This document shows positions 31,358 through 40,521 of a DNA stretch of 64,000 nucleotides, piece after piece. The translations under genes were made by a program, and so were the position numbers. Source of the stretch: an uncultured virus (IMG/VR IMGVR_UViG_3300011258_000929) (Duplodnaviria; Heunggongvirae; Uroviricota; Caudoviricetes). Position 1 is the first letter of the stretch, and each line of letters begins with the position of its first letter. The notes under the pieces were generated by a model. It was not told the origin of the DNA and searched no databases. It saw only the letters and a program-made list of their open reading frames with translations. The stretch lies in the IMG/VR virus record IMGVR_UViG_3300011258_000929; one strand, 5' to 3'.

Positions 31358-31402
31358 CCCCGTCTATGTTGTAATATCAAGACTTTTTAATACTACCCTT
31401 TT

Positions 31403-31762
31403 CTAAGAACCCTTTCGCCATTTCTTGTTCTTTGGTTCTTTGGTTTTACTTCGACTCCATTTGACTTTATTAGCCCAATAAGCCGCCGACATTTTACCAC
31501 GCTTGATGTTCTTTTCGTGGCGACTATAAAATGCCTGTCTTTGTCCGGCAGTTTGATTTGTCTTAACCCCCTTTTGTCCGAAAGGAATGTATTTTGACTT
31601 TTTCCCATCCCAAGCCATAACATGATGAGATTTAGTTTTATGGTCTTTTAATCGCTGTGGTTTATTGACCGTAGAAAGACCTTTTTTCTTTGCTCTTTCA
31701 ATTGCCTTCTTTCTAGGACTTTTGGATTTAGGTTTCTTTTTAAGAATCTCTTGCCAACTCAT
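31403..31762 (-). CDS. W-tag basic protein (MSWQEILK)
   Basis: PFGQKG...FYSRH...SAAYWANKVKW body recalled from marine phage proteins. Confidence 0.6.
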   Translation of the reverse strand: MSWQEILKKKPKSKSPRKKAIERAKKKGLSTVNKPQRLKDHKTKSHHVMAWDGKKSKYIPFGQKGVKTNQTAGQRQAFYSRHEKNIKRGKMSAAYWANKVKWSRSKTKEPKNKKWRKGS

Positions 31763-32160
31763 TCTTCACCCCTCACTTGGTTTTCTTTAGAAGTCTTATC
31801 ATCATCAATTGGGCCTCCTTTAGCCCAAGTGTAGCAGGTTCTAGCCGAATGACATTTGAAATCGTGCATCCAACAGTAGCCTAAGCGACCGTCTTTATCT
31901 GTAGAAAGAGGCATACATTCATCCATTCTAGGTGAAATATCAAAGGCAATACAATTACTACAGTTTGATTCTTTAGCAACATCAGCAGTAGTATTCCATT
32001 TTTTAGCATATCGTTCCCAATAATCCTTATCGTCTAAATTAAGAGGGCCGTATTGAATATGTTTTTCTTTAACAGCCCTATCTCTATTTTTAGTATTGAG
32101 TTTCAAGTCTTGAGTCGCTCTAGGACAAGCGAGTTCCTTTAGGATGATATGCCAAGACAT
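31759..32160 (-). CDS. W-tag Cys-rich protein (MSWHIILK)
   Basis: CSNC...GYC...FKC...TC. Confidence 0.6.
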   Translation of the reverse strand: MSWHIILKELACPRATQDLKLNTKNRDRAVKEKHIQYGPLNLDDKDYWERYAKKWNTTADVAKESNCSNCIAFDISPRMDECMPLSTDKDGRLGYCWMHDFKCHSARTCYTWAKGGPIDDDKTSKENQVRGEE

Positions 32161-32162
32161 TT

Positions 32163-32540
32163 TTATTCCTCTTCGTCTTCGGGTAAGTCTAGACCATCTA
32201 GGAGTATGTAATCTCCTTTGTCATGTTGAACAACATTCTCCATTTGACTAAGCATCTCTTTAACTTCGTCTTTAGATAGTTTAGTTGCTTCTTCAAGAGG
32301 CTCTAGTCCCGACGCACCACCTTCTTTTTCTAAAGTGGAGACAATTGTTTCTTTTGGCCCTTCGGATTTTTTCTCTCTAAGTTGCCTAAAGTCATCAGCA
32401 TCAATTTTATTATTCTTGTTTCTATCTAGTTTTCTTTGCTTAGGGCTTAGTGCTTTACTTGTTTTTTCACTACAAGTAGGACAATCGCAACCCATTTTTT
32501 CTGTTCCGCAGTGTGCTTTTAATATTGTTTTCCATTTCAT
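32163..32540 (-). CDS. W-tag protein with EF-hand-like loop (MKWKTILK)
   Basis: DRNKNNKIDADDF. Confidence 0.55.
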   Translation of the reverse strand: MKWKTILKAHCGTEKMGCDCPTCSEKTSKALSPKQRKLDRNKNNKIDADDFRQLREKKSEGPKETIVSTLEKEGGASGLEPLEEATKLSKDEVKEMLSQMENVVQHDKGDYILLDGLDLPEDEEE

Positions 32541-32953
32541 CGTGTAAATCCTCTCCCTTTACTACCCTTTCTTCTTTTGTAAGTTTTACAAGCGGAACAT
32601 GTTGGCCTACACCTTTGTTTAGTTCCTTTAGAAGCATCTTTTCTTCCACAAGGTTTTGTTCCTTTCTTGTCATCTTCACATGATTGACAAGAAACCCAAC
32701 CTTTCTGTCCGTCTCCACCTCTTCGGGAAAACCAACCATGTAGTCCTTCTTTCTTTTCTCTAGCAAAATTATCTCCGCCTTTCTTAACTTTGCCTTTTGT
32801 TCCTTTTCTACATTGAACCATAAAGCCGGATTTGTATGCTGAACTTTTCATTCCGTATTTTTTATCCGCTAATTTAGCACACCTATCTTTAGGTTCGCCT
32901 TTACTATTATGGGTGGCAGTAGCCTTAACTTTTAGAATATCCTGCCAATTCAT
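32537..32953 (-). CDS. W-tag basic Cys-rich protein (MNWQDILK)
   Basis: SAYKSG...GLHGWF...KPCGRK...CRP. Confidence 0.6.
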   Translation of the reverse strand: MNWQDILKVKATATHNSKGEPKDRCAKLADKKYGMKSSAYKSGFMVQCRKGTKGKVKKGGDNFAREKKEGLHGWFSRRGGDGQKGWVSCQSCEDDKKGTKPCGRKDASKGTKQRCRPTCSACKTYKRRKGSKGRGFTR

Positions 32954-33066
32954 TTTTTCATCCCCTTTGGCTTACCGGCTTTTTCCCAACACTTTTGACA
33001 AAAACCAAACGGGTGAACATCTCTTACAGTATAACATCTAGTGCAATAAGTATTTTTTAAACTCAT
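32950..33066 (-). CDS. 38-aa Zn-finger peptide (not in ORF track)
   Basis: MSLKNTYCTRCYTVRDVHPFGFCQKCWEKAGKPKGMKK; ATGA overlap with next gene. Confidence 0.55.
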   Translation of the reverse strand: MSLKNTYCTRCYTVRDVHPFGFCQKCWEKAGKPKGMKK

Positions 33067-33071
33067 AATAT

Positions 33072-34598
33072 TCACTTTCTCCTCAAAGTATTTTGCCAAC
33101 TACCCCTCGCAGGTTTAGCATCCGATATCCCATATTTTCTTTTAACAGAACGAATTGCGGCTTCTTCACTCATGTTTCTAAATCGAACCAAGTCCTTTAC
33201 TTCCTGCTTTTGCCGCTCGTTCAAATCAGCCTTTGTAATAATACCACCGATATTTTCCATTTCATCCATAACAGACATTTTACAATTGCCTTGGTATTTT
33301 GAAATATCATCTACATAAATACCTTCTTTAGCAAAGTCAAAACCTACATGGTCTTTATGATTCTCCCACTTCATTAACTTAAATATCTCATCACAGCGAC
33401 CTTTATACCAATCGGCTTTCTTGTATGACTTCTTCATTCTAATTAGTTCCAGTAACAAATTAGCATTTCCTTGTTTCATTCGGAAGTGAGGTAAACATTT
33501 TGTGAGAAGTTCAGTTACTTCCGCTTGAGAATAAAAATTGAGACGGTTTACAGGTCTAGTGTCTTGAGGTGATTTTTGGTCTAGGTGTAACTTACCTATA
33601 CCTCCAAGTGCCTTATGTATTTCGTGCATAAATGCCTTTCCTCTTTCTCCTGTAGCAACCAATCCAACTCTAGGGTTATGGTTTCTATCCATAGTAATAT
33701 ATCCATCCGAGTCTATAAAAGCCGCCGTATAAGCCCAAATATTCTTTTTGATATCCGAATCTAATTTGTAATAGTTTCCATCAATTGATGTAATGTCTAA
33801 TTTCTTAACCATTTTAGATACTGAATGCCAAGAACTTCTATCATACAGTTGAGAAGGCATTCTATCATGTATCTCTCTAGCCGATATTCCTTGATTTTGA
33901 GATACTTGTTTTATGATAAAGTCCTCGGTTTTTTCCTTGAGAGACTTTCTAATTGATGAATCGGTTATGGACTTTATCTCACTTCTAAAGTCTTTTTTAG
34001 CGGCATTCATTTCTTTCTGTAGTTTTGAGTATTGCTTGCCATAAGAGGTTTCTTTTTGGTCTAGTTCTGCCTCCCAATACTTACAAAGAGAATCAATAAC
34101 TCTTCTTCTTTGGGGCAACTCTTTCATTTTATTTAACTTGGATAAGTCCCTCTCATTAAATCTCATTTTTATTAGAGCCTCTCTATATGGGCCTATCCAA
34201 TAAACGCTATCTATACACTTAGAGAGGTGTTCCGAATACCCTTCAATAACATTGTCTATTGCTTTAGTCATTTTTTCTTTGTCTTTGCCTTTTAGATTCC
34301 TTCTTTCCTTTCTCATGGCCTTGACAACATCGGGTATGGCTTGCCCGTACAATTCATATGTTTTAGGGAATGATTCAATATGTTTTTTTGCTTGAGAAGC
34401 ATTGATGTTGTATTGATTACAAACTTTAGCAACAATCTCATGTTCGGATGAAATAGATAAATTGTTTCTCAAACTTAATGCTATTTTATCACCAATAAGT
34501 TTCTTGGCTTCTTCCAAATCATTATTTGCCTCTTCTTCTAGTTCAGCAACCTGTTCTAGCCTTTGACTAGCCTCTCTTAGTTCATCCGGTGTTGCCAT
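33072..34598 (-). CDS. Coiled-coil/HTH protein with LAGLIDADG endonuclease domain
   Basis: WAYTAAFIDSDGYI motif, LPHFRMKQ. Confidence 0.75.
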   Translation of the reverse strand: MATPDELREASQRLEQVAELEEEANNDLEEAKKLIGDKIALSLRNNLSISSEHEIVAKVCNQYNINASQAKKHIESFPKTYELYGQAIPDVVKAMRKERRNLKGKDKEKMTKAIDNVIEGYSEHLSKCIDSVYWIGPYREALIKMRFNERDLSKLNKMKELPQRRRVIDSLCKYWEAELDQKETSYGKQYSKLQKEMNAAKKDFRSEIKSITDSSIRKSLKEKTEDFIIKQVSQNQGISAREIHDRMPSQLYDRSSWHSVSKMVKKLDITSIDGNYYKLDSDIKKNIWAYTAAFIDSDGYITMDRNHNPRVGLVATGERGKAFMHEIHKALGGIGKLHLDQKSPQDTRPVNRLNFYSQAEVTELLTKCLPHFRMKQGNANLLLELIRMKKSYKKADWYKGRCDEIFKLMKWENHKDHVGFDFAKEGIYVDDISKYQGNCKMSVMDEMENIGGIITKADLNERQKQEVKDLVRFRNMSEEAAIRSVKRKYGISDAKPARGSWQNTLRRK

Positions 34599-34607
34599 GT
34601 TATCACT

Positions 34608-36029
34608 TCAAAAGTTTAATCCCATAACTCCACTACGCCCAACATTTCTAGGCGCATCGAATAGTCCCAAGTCATCTAGCAATAAGAATGTTTCACTGAC
34701 TGTTTTAGTAGCGGCATTGGCTAAAGCCAAACTCATAACCATGTCGTCATGTGCGCCAACTCCCTCAAACTTACCTTTGTCTGTTATGGCAAACATAGAC
34801 AATTCTTCTATCAATGTTGCCGTAACTCTTCTACTTTCTTCATTACCATACGGCAAATGTATTTTTTGATTCTCAAAGTTCATTTGTAGATTAAGAATAA
34901 TGTCCTGCTTCTTTTTCCTAGTAGTGTTAAAGTCATGCACATTCAAATCCGATATGTTCCTCAACTCTTGAGTAAACGACTTAGCGAATACATTTGTTTC
35001 AAACAATATTACCTCCGGTTGAAATATTTTACCAATAAGACGAACCTTCTGTAGATTTTCCCTAAACTCTACATTCTTAGACCTATCAACATATACTATG
35101 TTTTTATTATCATTCTCGTCCACTTCTAAAACGGTAATTACATTGTAGTCGCCATCAGTAGAGATAGCAGGGTCAATCCCAACATAATACTTGTAGCCTT
35201 CTCTCCTAGTTGGTTTCAGTACGAAGTTTTTGTCCTTTGCTTTATCTAGATATTCGGGATTGAATAGAGATGTTCCAGTAGAAACAGGCACACATAGATA
35301 TTCTCTAGTAAACTTAAGCGAACCAATTTCAGCCTTTCTAGACATCAAAGAATCGTAATCCCATCTGTTCGGCCAAAGGGGTTCGTTCAATGAATTAAAA
35401 CAAGGGTATTTTCTTACAGTATATGCTTCGTTCTCTTCTAGTTGAGCATAAATATCCGTGTAACTGAAAGGTGTTCCAATGACTCTTAATGATGCTGTAT
35501 GGTGAAGCGTTGGTATCATGTCACCATAAAACCAATCTGTGACTTTTTGAATTGCACTAAGACTAAACTCTTTCAAAGGGTCATCAATAACAATCTCTTG
35601 AGGGTGAAGACCTCGAATCTGTGAACCAACGGAACGCTCTAGTATTTGATTACCATTTGTCAAAGTAATGTTACCAATAGCCCAACCCTTAGCCGGTTTG
35701 AAATGTTTTATTGCAGGGTTATTAAACACCTTATCTATGTCTCTCATGTGAACCATAGTCTGTTTTTGGTTCGATGAAATGTATAGCATTTGATATGGAG
35801 GTGGCTGAAATATCAAATTCCAAACAACCCAACTGTGCATGAATACTGATTTACCGTGACCTCTACTACAAATGATAACTGTCCTTTGAGTTTCATTCAT
35901 AAGTTCTAGCCACTCTTGTTGATGGGCCGCAAAATCCCAACCTAAAACATGTTCAAAAAAATACGGGAACGATGTCTTGGATAGTTCCATATCCATTTGA
36001 TGTTCTAAGTTGAAGCCTTCTATCTCCAT
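34608..36029 (-). CDS. terL: Terminase large subunit
   Basis: SRGHGKS Walker A, IVIDD Walker B, GIDPA and HDDMVMSLA nuclease motifs. Confidence 0.92.
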   Translation of the reverse strand: MEIEGFNLEHQMDMELSKTSFPYFFEHVLGWDFAAHQQEWLELMNETQRTVIICSRGHGKSVFMHSWVVWNLIFQPPPYQMLYISSNQKQTMVHMRDIDKVFNNPAIKHFKPAKGWAIGNITLTNGNQILERSVGSQIRGLHPQEIVIDDPLKEFSLSAIQKVTDWFYGDMIPTLHHTASLRVIGTPFSYTDIYAQLEENEAYTVRKYPCFNSLNEPLWPNRWDYDSLMSRKAEIGSLKFTREYLCVPVSTGTSLFNPEYLDKAKDKNFVLKPTRREGYKYYVGIDPAISTDGDYNVITVLEVDENDNKNIVYVDRSKNVEFRENLQKVRLIGKIFQPEVILFETNVFAKSFTQELRNISDLNVHDFNTTRKKKQDIILNLQMNFENQKIHLPYGNEESRRVTATLIEELSMFAITDKGKFEGVGAHDDMVMSLALANAATKTVSETFLLLDDLGLFDAPRNVGRSGVMGLNF

Positions 36030-36033
36030 TCAA

Positions 36034-38466
36034 TCACCTAAAATTAGCCTTGACAAAATAAACTACTTCTTCGGAAACACCGACGCTCTTTGAAATATTA
36101 CTAAAAGCATCTATCTCTTCCACCATTTTAATAATTTCAGTACTCACAATGTCAATGCCAAATATGTTTTTAGCAACATCTATGACCTCACTCAAATCAT
36201 CCATCGAGGATAGAGAGCCACGCCCATAATAGATAGGTAGTCCTTTCAATATTCTTAGAGAATCGTGAACTTGTAATATTTTATTTTCAATATCCATTTT
36301 TTTGATACTGCTTATTTCTTGTTCAATTGCTTTTAGTTTACTTGAGTGTTTAGAAAGAAGCCTTAAAATATTAGGGTCAGTAAAAATATCCTGTATAACC
36401 ATAATAGCACTTACTTCATTCAACCTCATTGTTTTATTTTTAGCAAAGTCATAGGGGTTTTTTCCATATAACTTAAGTCCTTTGTTTGAGTTGGTTTCTA
36501 AAAGAATAGTTCCTAAATAGAGAACCATGTCCTCTTTATAGTCATCTACAAGTTCCTTATCACCGTCCACTAATTCGGCATAGACTTGTCTTAAATCCTT
36601 TATTTTATTCACTACTTCTCCTATGTCTATATTAGCCTTATTTACTTCCTTTAAAAAATTCAATATGGTAGTTAAGTCATTTGCTTCTATATTACCACCA
36701 TCGGATTCTATTAAGCCTCTAGTTATTTTTTTACGGGCCTTTGCGAAGTCATCACTTGTAAGTAACAATAATTCAGTAAATGATTTATTCTTAGAAAAAG
36801 TATAATCTAGACCTATTCTCATTTTTGGGTCTTGAAGTGGCTCAAAGAAATATTCTTTAATAGCACTTAAAACATCATCTACTTCCGTCTTTATACCTAG
36901 TTCTCTAGTTACAGGAGAGATGCTAGAATAGTTGATACCGTACATTGATTGGCCTACTTTTTCCTTATCGGGGTCGTAAGTTTGCCCTCTAAGTGCGGTA
37001 CTAGATGTCCCTACTCTAAGTCTTTGTTCATTTAACAAGTTCAACAATTTATCAAACAAATCCTCTATTGTTCTATTGATTGCATTACTATTTCTATTTC
37101 CTTCTTTGAATGGGCTAAATATGTTTCTAGTTCTCACATCATCTATAATATATATTGGCAAAAAATGTTTCCCCTTTACCGGCTTTACTTTTTGTAATCT
37201 ATTCAAGTGCTTATTGAGTTGAGCCACCTTCTCTTCACTTTCAAAACCAAAGTCTTCTTTCATTGTTTTTCTTGTTATGTTTTTCAAATTAGGCAAACTC
37301 AATTCATTTATGAAAATACCATCTAAGTGATTTTGAACATAAAAATAACCTAAAATATCTAAAGAGTCATTAAACCTAGATTCAGCACCCATCCGTACCC
37401 TTTCAGTTACAAGTGAATCTTCTACAAGTTCTTCATCAGCGTCTCTATTTTGACTGACAGAACCACTGTCTATAACAATACCTAGTTCTTTTTCGACATA
37501 TGCTGTAATTATTTTACGGGTAACTGTTAATTCATCATCCATATTTTCCGCAATAACTTGAGGCTTGAACTCTATTACATACTGTCCGTCTTTTTTAAAT
37601 CTCTTATTTGATGCCAATAGTTCATCCTTAAGTTGTTCTATCTCACTACTTCCTTCCGGCATAGCATTGACTAATTTATTTATATTAGAAACCACTGTAG
37701 AATGTAGTCCGTGTACTTTAGACCAACTGTCGTAAATGTTTTTTCTTGTGGCTACCTTATGGTATTTACCCCAACCCATCAATTCCTTTATGGTGTCTCT
37801 TATCCTAATAACTTTCATTCCTTTAGCATCCCCTAGTTCTCTAGTGGATTCCTTTGCACCAAGTTTTTCTTCTCTATAAGCATCAGCATATTCAGAAATT
37901 AGCAGTATTCTTTTAGTAAGTTCTTCTTCTTCGGCATCTGTAAAAATATGTCCGTGTTCTTTAAAATAATTAGGTGTTGTAATAAGTTCGCTAATGTCTT
38001 CTAATGTTCTATTTTTACCTGCGCCTTTCAATGAAATTGACTCTTCATTTACATTCTCATAAAAGTTTTCGATATTAATTTTTTTCCCATTGATTAATAT
38101 TACACCCCCAAAAACTTCCTTGAGTATATTAGCCAAAGCAGTGTTTTTACTCGCTTCGTCATCAACATATAATTTGTCTCTAGTTCTTTCTTCCCCACTA
38201 TCAGTAATTTCCCCTACATTTCTTCCTTCAAAACCATAAAAGTCATTTTCAAGTATATCCTCAAAAGCCGAGACTAGTTTAGAAGTATCGGAAGAAGAGT
38301 ATTCTATATCGGAGTCGTCTTCAAACTCTTCTACTAATCTAAGAATATACCTTTTTTTGCTAGGTCTTGTCAAGTATTTTTGTCTCAACCCCGCCCAATA
38401 TTCTTTATTACTGTTTGTAGCCGTTAATACTTGTCTAGCGTCATCAACACTGTTTAACTGATTCAT
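36034..38466 (-). CDS. Large hypothetical protein (810 aa)
   Basis: ORF only; no family recognised. Confidence 0.5.
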   Translation of the reverse strand: MNQLNSVDDARQVLTATNSNKEYWAGLRQKYLTRPSKKRYILRLVEEFEDDSDIEYSSSDTSKLVSAFEDILENDFYGFEGRNVGEITDSGEERTRDKLYVDDEASKNTALANILKEVFGGVILINGKKINIENFYENVNEESISLKGAGKNRTLEDISELITTPNYFKEHGHIFTDAEEEELTKRILLISEYADAYREEKLGAKESTRELGDAKGMKVIRIRDTIKELMGWGKYHKVATRKNIYDSWSKVHGLHSTVVSNINKLVNAMPEGSSEIEQLKDELLASNKRFKKDGQYVIEFKPQVIAENMDDELTVTRKIITAYVEKELGIVIDSGSVSQNRDADEELVEDSLVTERVRMGAESRFNDSLDILGYFYVQNHLDGIFINELSLPNLKNITRKTMKEDFGFESEEKVAQLNKHLNRLQKVKPVKGKHFLPIYIIDDVRTRNIFSPFKEGNRNSNAINRTIEDLFDKLLNLLNEQRLRVGTSSTALRGQTYDPDKEKVGQSMYGINYSSISPVTRELGIKTEVDDVLSAIKEYFFEPLQDPKMRIGLDYTFSKNKSFTELLLLTSDDFAKARKKITRGLIESDGGNIEANDLTTILNFLKEVNKANIDIGEVVNKIKDLRQVYAELVDGDKELVDDYKEDMVLYLGTILLETNSNKGLKLYGKNPYDFAKNKTMRLNEVSAIMVIQDIFTDPNILRLLSKHSSKLKAIEQEISSIKKMDIENKILQVHDSLRILKGLPIYYGRGSLSSMDDLSEVIDVAKNIFGIDIVSTEIIKMVEEIDAFSNISKSVGVSEEVVYFVKANFR

Positions 38467-38468
38467 AA

Positions 38469-40478
38469 TTATGCCTCCTCTATCTCATGCGATTTATACC
38501 CAATAAACGCCTCTTTTCTCAACTGCTGAAGCATTCCTATTTTAGTTTCATTTTCATAATGTTCCTTTCTTTCTACAACATCATACAACTTAGATTCAAC
38601 AGCCTCTTTCAAACTTTCACCAATTGAACTTAAATTATCTTGAAGTGTCTTAAGAAACTCTCTTATTGCCTTTCTTGCGACTTTTAACCCAGTCTCTTCT
38701 TGATTGAGTTTTTCTTCTAAGGAATTAGAGTCCTGTTCTATGTTTGGGTTAAATAAATATGCCAAGTTGTAGTATGACTGAAATACTCTTTTCGGGTCAT
38801 TTCTAATAGCAAAGTAATCCACATCGGAATATCCAATCTCGCCATTCAAAGCCATGTTGTATATAACTTTGGCATTTGTAGACAATTTAGACATTTCAGT
38901 ACTTGTAATAGATTCCCTTTGTTTTCCTTGGGTTTCTGTGTAGTTTCTTTGTCTTCCGCTTTCCGGTTTTTTGCCTTGACTGAAATCCTTACCACCTTCC
39001 GACATAACTCTTGATATTCTAGTAAGGACATATGGGTTTTTGATTCCCTTTCTTTGAAGTATTGTTTGAACCGATGGTTCTTTTAAAATAAAATCAAATA
39101 CAGAACTCACATCATATTTGCTAATTTCCTCTACACTGTATATATTCATAGGGCTACCTTGTCTTTGTTCAATAATATTTAATTCCGGCTTAGGGCTAAT
39201 GTAGTCTTGATAGGCTATTTTAATTTCCCCTTTTGTATCTCTTTCCTTTATAATATCAATGAGGACTTTCTTTTCATCCTCATCTAAATTATACTTGTCT
39301 AGAAGTTCGTCGTCTTCTACGCTAGCCCCTGCTATCACTTCAAATAAATCCTCATAGTAATATTGTTTGTTGTCTTCTTTCTTTTCTCTTTTGCTAGACG
39401 AACCGCTTACTGACTCTCCAAAAGTAGCATCACTCATATACATGTCTCTAGCGATTCTATCCAAACTATCGTTTATGATATCTACGCTGTCCGTTTCCAA
39501 AACTTCTAGTAGGTAAGGATTAATTGTCTTACCTTTTTTAACAATAGACATATCAAGAGTACCGTCTTCTAATTCGGGATATAATGAAGACACATTGGTT
39601 TGACTGTTCAAAAACAACAAGTATTCCTTAGCGATTGTCGGGGTTACTTCATTAACTTCATATTCTTGTTCCACTTCTAGAATCATTTCCTTTCTACCGG
39701 CAATGGCTTCATACAAAAAGGGCCAGTCTAATTCAACACCTGCTATTTTGTCTTTGTCTTTTTGAAATGACTGTAGGCTTTCTATTGCCGACCTCACATT
39801 GCTTTCGGCTGATTTTATTTCAATAAAATCAACAGTCTTAGTAACGGCAGTTCTTTCTACCTCTCGACTCTTTCCCTTTTTGTCTTTAAGTTCAACTTTT
39901 TCTTTTTGCTTTCCGCCAGTGGTATAAGACGCACTGTATTTCAAATACAAGACTTGAGGTGATGTTTCAAACTCTTCTTCACTTGTTGGTTTCTTACTTC
40001 CGGCATCAGTGCTAGCAATTGCTTGAATTAATTTTGTTTTTGTTGTATTGGCATCCGGTATTTCTTGGCTTATGGTCTTTCTTTCAAAGGCAAAAGTACC
40101 TAATGCTTGAACCAATTCATCGGAAGGGGAATCAACCAATTGTCTAATTGTCCCAACCAAAGTTCTTTGCCCTTCTCTAAGTTTTAGAAGAGTTGCCAGT
40201 GGTCTAGTTACCTTTCTTCTAAACTTCATAGCAGTGATGTTTTGCTTTTCAGCAAGCCTATCAACGACTTCGGAAAAATCGCCCTTCAATGCTTTATTAG
40301 CCGCATCATTAGTGTTGCCCGTAATCGAAGAAAGGAGAGAAGTTATCTTCTGTTTGCCATCGAATTTACCTTCCATTATTTCTTGAAAGTCCTCCATGCG
40401 ACCCTTGTATAAGTCCATTAAGAGTCTATCTATAGAATAGTTTTTATTAACAAATGATTTAACCGACATCAACTCCAC
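38469..40478 (-). CDS. Large hypothetical protein (about 666 aa)
   Basis: ORF only; no family recognised. Confidence 0.5.
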   Translation of the reverse strand: MELMSVKSFVNKNYSIDRLLMDLYKGRMEDFQEIMEGKFDGKQKITSLLSSITGNTNDAANKALKGDFSEVVDRLAEKQNITAMKFRRKVTRPLATLLKLREGQRTLVGTIRQLVDSPSDELVQALGTFAFERKTISQEIPDANTTKTKLIQAIASTDAGSKKPTSEEEFETSPQVLYLKYSASYTTGGKQKEKVELKDKKGKSREVERTAVTKTVDFIEIKSAESNVRSAIESLQSFQKDKDKIAGVELDWPFLYEAIAGRKEMILEVEQEYEVNEVTPTIAKEYLLFLNSQTNVSSLYPELEDGTLDMSIVKKGKTINPYLLEVLETDSVDIINDSLDRIARDMYMSDATFGESVSGSSSKREKKEDNKQYYYEDLFEVIAGASVEDDELLDKYNLDEDEKKVLIDIIKERDTKGEIKIAYQDYISPKPELNIIEQRQGSPMNIYSVEEISKYDVSSVFDFILKEPSVQTILQRKGIKNPYVLTRISRVMSEGGKDFSQGKKPESGRQRNYTETQGKQRESITSTEMSKLSTNAKVIYNMALNGEIGYSDVDYFAIRNDPKRVFQSYYNLAYLFNPNIEQDSNSLEEKLNQEETGLKVARKAIREFLKTLQDNLSSIGESLKEAVESKLYDVVERKEHYENETKIGMLQQLRKEAFIGYKSHEIEEA

Positions 40479-40521
40479 CTAGTTTATCGCAATACCCCAT
40501 ACTTCAAATAGTTATAGGGTT

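Noticed and set aside
33072..36029. Intein or intron in terminase
   Set aside because: terL is continuous with all motifs; the LAGLIDADG ORF is separate and lacks splice residues
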